NCBI GenBank assembly: GCA_937927515.1
Contig: CALBDO010000003.1
Span: 67,274-131,273, forward strand
Source: Candidatus Kapaibacterium sp.
Lineage (GTDB): Bacteria; Bacteroidota; Ignavibacteria; Kapaibacteriales; UBA2268
DNA: 64,000 nt
Direction of reading: 5' to 3'
Shown here: piece by piece, positions 58,788 through 64,000 of the stretch
Numbering within the stretch: position 1 is the first letter of the stretch
Layout: each line of letters begins with the position of its first letter
The notes under the pieces: model-generated
Database searches by the model: none
The model's input: only the letters and a program-made list of their open reading frames with translations
What the model was told of the DNA's origin: nothing
Made by a program: the position numbers and the translations under genes

Positions 58788-61700
58788 TTTACATGAATTA
58801 GTTTAAACAAATGGATTTCTGTATGATTGAAAATTTGCAAAAGTAAAAGCGTAGAGCCGTATTCAACATTTTGTATTAAAACTTCTCTTCGATTTAAACC
58901 ATCAGAATAGACCATCTCTTCGAAAAGTACTTTACCCAATAGATTTGTTAAGCGAACTACATAACTTTTAGGCTCGGTTAATTCAAATTTTATAATTATT
59001 CCTCTTTCGTCATTAATAACATTTATCAAACTTGATGTTGTTGGTCTAACTAATCGTTTGCCTCCCTCGGTACAAACCATAATTGCAATGGAACCAGAGT
59101 CCAAAATTGTATTTTTAACTAATCCCACCGGCAACCAAAAAGGTTCGTAAATGTTAACTGTAGAAAAATCCGTATCCGAAATCAAAGGTATTCCGATAAT
59201 ACTTGTTAACATCTTTTCATTTCCATCAACAACTAAAGAATCAAAATCCAAAATGAGTTCTCGAATGCCACCACTAATTTTTTGAGAGAGAATTTTTCCT
59301 TTAGATAAAGAAGTTGGGTGAAAAACATTCCAAATAAAGGACACTTTAAGTTGCAATTGATTAACTGTAAGTGATTTCTCCTTGTCCAAGAGACTAATGT
59401 AAATTGGTAAAGTGCCAACTTCATCTTTTGGATTTAATTGTACATCGCCAGCACGGATAATTACATCCTGTGGTGGAACTCCAATTCCCTTTAAAACCAG
59501 CTTAATGGAATCAGAACATTCTGGATAGTTTACTACTGCAATCAAAGTATCATAAACTGGACCTTCGCTATTTGGTATAAAGTATACAGAAAATTCTTGT
59601 TTAGAATTTGCTAAAACAAGTAGATTATTTGGCAAACTCGTAGAAAATATGTTGGAGCTTGAAACAAAGAAATGCTCAGAGATGGTTGCCTGCATACCAA
59701 AGTTGACAATTCTTGTTACAATTTCCTTTGTTAACCCAATGGGCACAAAGCCAAAGTCTATTTCGGGAACTTCAAATTTTATAAATCTCCTTGGATTTGC
59801 TCTTAACAATATAGTGGCTTGCTCTGTAGTATTATTAATGAATATAAATAATTTTAAAAATGCGGTGTACACTCGTTCGGAATCTGCATCTTCAAAAATT
59901 ATGGTAAATTTTCCAATAGTATCAATTGTTTTGGGGAATTTATCAAGAATCTTAAAATTGATAGCATCTTGTCCAAAGATTTTGGCAGAATCTACTCTAA
60001 AAGGAATCGTGCCAAGATTGGTTATGCTAAAAATTAATGTATCTAATCCACATATGACAACGTCTCCAAAGTCGAGAGTATCTGTAACAAAAAAGTTACC
60101 AGATACAGCATTACCCTTTAGATATACCCACTGAGTATCCGGGCAAGGTTGGTAATAAACTATCCGCATAGAGTCGAAGATTTCGCCTTCTTGGTCCGGT
60201 CGAAAAGTAAAAACAATCTCGACAGAATCGTTAGGTCGAATAATTGCAACGTTGGGGTTGGGTTCAAAGACTAATTTATTACCTTCGAAATCCCTAATTC
60301 TTTGGGGCTCAGGATATAAACCATTGTTAATAAGCTTCAACTTTTGTGTTTTAAAATCACCTATCTGACAAGTTCCAAAGTCTATTGTATCTGGTACTAA
60401 ATCTACATTTAAATTTTCTTGGATTGCGGATAACTTTATCTGAATTTGTGGATTATTTACATCATTACTTTCAATCAATAACACAGCTGTTTTCAAACCA
60501 GAGGGTGCACCACGAACACCCACGAACTTAACAGCACAACTATCAATAGCGCCAGGTGGAATAAAACTTTGAGAAAAAGAATTTGATAGAAAGAAATGTT
60601 CCGGACTGTAGGATTGTAAAATTTCTACCTTTTTAATTTTTAAATCTGTGCTACCTTTGTTTGAAACGTAAATTATAGTATCCTTTGATTTACAATATGG
60701 TAGTAATCCAAAGAAAACAGAATCTACATTGGCAAATATCTTTGCATTAGTACCAAAACCCCTCAGCTCGAAGCGAATTGTGTCTGGACAATCATTGACT
60801 GAGTTGGAAAAAAATTCAACAAAGTGTGTAAACTCGCCCTCCTTATCTGGTGTAAACTCATAGACAAGCCTCAAAGTGTCGCCCGGCCGAAGATAAGTAG
60901 GAATTTCGGGAACACTGCCTAAAAATCTAAAATTTGGTGCGCTCGGAGGCTCTTTATCGAAATAAGTTGTCCCACTGCCATTATTAACAATAACAACAGT
61001 TGTTGTATCGGACTCACCAATAGAAACAAAACCAAAATATGTTCCAGTTAAAACTACTGAGTTACTTTTTACAACATTATAAATAATTACAATAGTATCT
61101 TTATGTTCACATTTGTCAAAATAATAAACTAAAGTTAAAACATATTTCCCCTCAGCAGTGGGCGTTAAAATCACATTATTCTCAACACCATGTTGCTCTT
61201 CAATTATTGTATTCAATGGAATAAGTGGTTGTATGTTTCGAGACCAATTAGCTTCAAAATCAATTAATTTTATGGGAGAGTTGCTTTTATTCTGAAGATA
61301 GAATATTAGTTCAAAAGTATCTCCTACACAAATCTCTCCAAGATTAATCGTATCAACTTTTGTGTTTTTATAAACAAATTCAGTGCTGGTGTAAATGTTA
61401 TTGTAAGTAATATACAACACCTTTTTTAACTCGGGACAGTCAACAGGATAGACTATCAAAGAATCTATAAAACGACCGTAAAAATTAGGCTTCAGTGCTA
61501 AATTTATTGTATCTTCGAAATTTGGATTAAGATAAGATTCCGAACTACCTAAACTGAAATTAGAGCTATTAAATTTATAATAAAAATTTATTGGGAACTG
61601 ACTCTGATTAATAAGTAAGAAAGTAGTATCAAGCTTCAAATTGTTGCATATATCGCCTAAGTTTATTGTATCAATAGTTCTACTTTTGTCGATTGCATAA

Positions 61701-63817
61701 AAATCAAACGAATAAGGTAATAATTGTAATCTGACAATTATGCTCCAAGGATTGGAACTCCACTCATCGTCGGAATGCTCAATCAAAAGTGTATCGACGA
61801 GATATTTCTCCGAGATGGTTTTGTTGGCAACGAAACGAATGAAAAATTTAACCGAATCATTGGGTAACAAAACAATATCGTTTTGTGGTGCCACAATTTC
61901 AAAGCCAAAACTATTTTTGAATCTTGCTCTGGAAAATTTGACCGTCAAATTTCCATCACCGATGTTCTTAACGATTCCAGAGTCAAATACTACATTTCCT
62001 GGGCAATTATAAGCAACGAGAGAAAATTCTCGTGTTGCTAAACAAATACCCTGGGGAATTCTACGCAAAGTATTCATTGCTGCTTGAGAAAGCAAGAACC
62101 TTGGTTGATATTTAAAAGTATCAACATCATAATTATTCAAATCTTGAACAGCACATAGGTAGAAAATTTTACTGCTATCGGGTAAAATTATCTCGGTACT
62201 CCACTTATCTTGCCCAGGGAAACCAGTTACATTTTTTAATAATTGCCAATCGCTAAATTCTGATTTTATGTATATTCCAATTACGTCAGAGCTTGGATTC
62301 TTGCTACCTGTTATTGTAAATTTTCTCTTGACATAAGTTGTAGTATCGGTGGACAAACCAACATAAACAGGTGGATTGCTATGAGAAAATGAAATTGTAC
62401 TGAAATCAGGCGCATCTAATCGAAAGTATCCAGCTCCTCCTCCATTACCTCCAAGAGCACTCAGAGACAACCCTTGGGCTACTTCCTTGGCACAAACCGA
62501 GATTGAACCACCAGAACCACCACCCCCTGCACCATAACTGCTTTGACCACCATTTGCACCGTTTGCAATAATAGATAAATTTTCCACCCTTTTACCAAAA
62601 ATCCTTATTGCGCCACCACCGCCGCCCCCACTTCCAGAGCAAACATTTAAACCACTTGGATTACCACTAGCTCCGCCACTACCGCCGGCTACGGGAATTA
62701 TCATCGGATTCCCGTGAATTTTCCCTCCATTATTATAGTTCGAAGGTTCACTTCGACCATCTGTAGCATATCCACCAGAACCACCCATTCGATTATTAAT
62801 CGAGCCAGTTCCACCACCATATCCGCCTGATACATTCCAATTGCTTTGGTCACCAGAGCCAACACCGGATTTGCCAAATGGGTGTCCCGTACCACCACCC
62901 GAGGCCTCCCAGCCACCAGGATTCACTGCCGGTGGTACACCATTCAAACTTCGACCAGAGTCGCCAGTACCACAACCCAAGCTTTTGTAGGCACCACTGC
63001 CACTTAGAAAATAATTCACCCCACCTTTACCACCGCTTGTAAAACCATTCCCACCGTCCTCGCCAGGATTTCCCGTTATGTTATCGCAGAATCTTCCACC
63101 ACCACCGCCACCTCCAGGTCCAGCATTTTGTAGGCGCCCAGTACCAGCACTGACATTTATCTTGGTACTTGTACCAAATCCAGTAACATCACCTGTACTT
63201 AGTACGATGAAAGGAAGATAAGTTCGATTTGAAGCAGGAAAGCTTAGAGTATTATCTAAAAAAGCTCTGTATTCCAAACTTCCCAAGTTTAAATTTTCTA
63301 CAAGAATTGCACCGCTTGGAGAACGACGACCTAATGGTCCAGTTCCAAAAACCTGATTTGTTTGTAGCAAATTGCCAAAATTATAAGGCTTGACTATATA
63401 GAAAGTATCTGCATTTGAATAATTTCCATCGACCATTACCCTAAAAGGGACACGAAATTTGCTATCGAGTAAAGTCCAATCAGAACTATTGGGTTCTTCA
63501 AAAAAAGGATTTATAAAAAAATAGGTTGACAATAACCTACCATGCCAGGAAACAGAAATAGGACCTACAATGATTTTGGAAGAATCCTCGGGTCTATCAA
63601 AAACAATTCTAATTCGACCATTGTTATTGATTAGAAATGTGTCTGGACCAAAATTCCCGTAAGCATCGTGGGGGGAAATAACTTCTATATAAATACCCAT
63701 GCCAAGATATCCAATATCTGGAATAGTGTACGAAATCCTCGGTGCAAAGGCAAATGAGTAGTTGAAAACAAAATTAAAGATTAAACAAAGTTCAATAAGT
63801 TTTGATTTCATTTTCAA
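58784..63817 (-). CDS. Giant secreted protein (1677 aa) with a ~250-aa glycine-rich low-complexity region, many DUF1573/ASH-like Ig-fold repeats and a probable T9SS C-terminal domain
   Basis: Signal peptide. Residues ~225-470 are Gly-rich (GPGGGGGGGRF, GGSGGASGNPSG, GGNGGGAGYFRLDAP). Repeated ~100-aa modules carry the IDFG.V.IGD.....L.I.N.G pattern. Terminal ...NLLGKVLFEE...LLLLQIF...KLIHVK. Confidence 0.6.
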   Translation of the reverse strand: MKMKSKLIELCLIFNFVFNYSFAFAPRISYTIPDIGYLGMGIYIEVISPHDAYGNFGPDTFLINNNGRIRIVFDRPEDSSKIIVGPISVSWHGRLLSTYFFINPFFEEPNSSDWTLLDSKFRVPFRVMVDGNYSNADTFYIVKPYNFGNLLQTNQVFGTGPLGRRSPSGAILVENLNLGSLEYRAFLDNTLSFPASNRTYLPFIVLSTGDVTGFGTSTKINVSAGTGRLQNAGPGGGGGGGRFCDNITGNPGEDGGNGFTSGGKGGVNYFLSGSGAYKSLGCGTGDSGRSLNGVPPAVNPGGWEASGGGTGHPFGKSGVGSGDQSNWNVSGGYGGGTGSINNRMGGSGGYATDGRSEPSNYNNGGKIHGNPMIIPVAGGSGGASGNPSGLNVCSGSGGGGGGAIRIFGKRVENLSIIANGANGGQSSYGAGGGGSGGSISVCAKEVAQGLSLSALGGNGGGAGYFRLDAPDFSTISFSHSNPPVYVGLSTDTTTYVKRKFTITGSKNPSSDVIGIYIKSEFSDWQLLKNVTGFPGQDKWSTEIILPDSSKIFYLCAVQDLNNYDVDTFKYQPRFLLSQAAMNTLRRIPQGICLATREFSLVAYNCPGNVVFDSGIVKNIGDGNLTVKFSRARFKNSFGFEIVAPQNDIVLLPNDSVKFFIRFVANKTISEKYLVDTLLIEHSDDEWSSNPWSIIVRLQLLPYSFDFYAIDKSRTIDTINLGDICNNLKLDTTFLLINQSQFPINFYYKFNSSNFSLGSSESYLNPNFEDTINLALKPNFYGRFIDSLIVYPVDCPELKKVLYITYNNIYTSTEFVYKNTKVDTINLGEICVGDTFELIFYLQNKSNSPIKLIDFEANWSRNIQPLIPLNTIIEEQHGVENNVILTPTAEGKYVLTLVYYFDKCEHKDTIVIIYNVVKSNSVVLTGTYFGFVSIGESDTTTVVIVNNGSGTTYFDKEPPSAPNFRFLGSVPEIPTYLRPGDTLRLVYEFTPDKEGEFTHFVEFFSNSVNDCPDTIRFELRGFGTNAKIFANVDSVFFGLLPYCKSKDTIIYVSNKGSTDLKIKKVEILQSYSPEHFFLSNSFSQSFIPPGAIDSCAVKFVGVRGAPSGLKTAVLLIESNDVNNPQIQIKLSAIQENLNVDLVPDTIDFGTCQIGDFKTQKLKLINNGLYPEPQRIRDFEGNKLVFEPNPNVAIIRPNDSVEIVFTFRPDQEGEIFDSMRIVYYQPCPDTQWVYLKGNAVSGNFFVTDTLDFGDVVICGLDTLIFSITNLGTIPFRVDSAKIFGQDAINFKILDKFPKTIDTIGKFTIIFEDADSERVYTAFLKLFIFINNTTEQATILLRANPRRFIKFEVPEIDFGFVPIGLTKEIVTRIVNFGMQATISEHFFVSSSNIFSTSLPNNLLVLANSKQEFSVYFIPNSEGPVYDTLIAVVNYPECSDSIKLVLKGIGVPPQDVIIRAGDVQLNPKDEVGTLPIYISLLDKEKSLTVNQLQLKVSFIWNVFHPTSLSKGKILSQKISGGIRELILDFDSLVVDGNEKMLTSIIGIPLISDTDFSTVNIYEPFWLPVGLVKNTILDSGSIAIMVCTEGGKRLVRPTTSSLINVINDERGIIIKFELTEPKSYVVRLTNLLGKVLFEEMVYSDGLNRREVLIQNVEYGSTLLLLQIFNHTEIHLFKLIHVK
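62400..63150 (-). repeat. Low-complexity GGN/GGT-rich coding DNA (the glycine-rich segment of the giant protein)
   Basis: Runs of ccaccaccgcc / ccacc on the plus strand, which are Gly codons on the minus strand. Boundaries are approximate. Confidence 0.5.
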
Positions 63818-64000
63818 AATGTATATGTTAATCTACAAATTTACGAAATTTAGCTAAGCAAGCAACAAAATTTTACAGAAATTGCATTTTGACTTTTAAA
63901 AGATGCTTTAAAAATATTTTTCTAAGGAAATTATTATATATTGCACTTTGGTAATGTTGAAAATCGGAGAATATGAGTACTATTAAAAAACTTTTTTGTT

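Noticed and set aside
62400-63150. ccacc / ccgcc-rich repetitive DNA considered as a tandem repeat or microsatellite
   Set aside because: It is in-frame Gly-codon low complexity of the giant protein, not a non-coding repeat.

Overview
This is about 64 kb of chromosomal DNA from a low-GC, AT-rich bacterium, probably of the FCB group (Ignavibacteriota or Bacteroidota-like). Three very large surface proteins carry T9SS-type C-terminal sorting domains, and a partial Bat-like (vWA/TPR) cluster and many lipoproteins fit that placement. Most genes are on the minus strand. Housekeeping genes present are smc, mtgA, htrA, purH, hslU, wecB, rimO, uvrB, a proline dehydrogenase and a tRNA-Thr(CGT). Accessory modules sit between them. 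(1) A partial TAT-exported molybdopterin oxidoreductase (PsrA/PhsA/ArrA-like), running off the window start and absent from the ORF track, is preceded by a sensor kinase and a sigma-54 NtrC-type regulator, with a candidate enhancer palindrome and a -24/-12 promoter. (2) A non-canonical arsenic cluster: ArsD-like protein, COG0701 permease and ACR3. (3) feoAB-dtxR plus a double-GT2/TPR glycosyltransferase. (4) A Cyc2-like fused cytochrome-porin with an adjacent monohaem cytochrome c. (5) A ClpB C-terminal half with no N-terminal half adjacent. (6) A HydABC-type [FeFe] hydrogenase operon led by a membrane histidine kinase and a receiver-only regulator; HydA carries a TSCSP variant of the H-cluster L1 motif. 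(7) An operon of an OmpA-domain outer-membrane protein and a 1677-aa glycine-rich protein. No CRISPR array, integrase or transposase was recognised.
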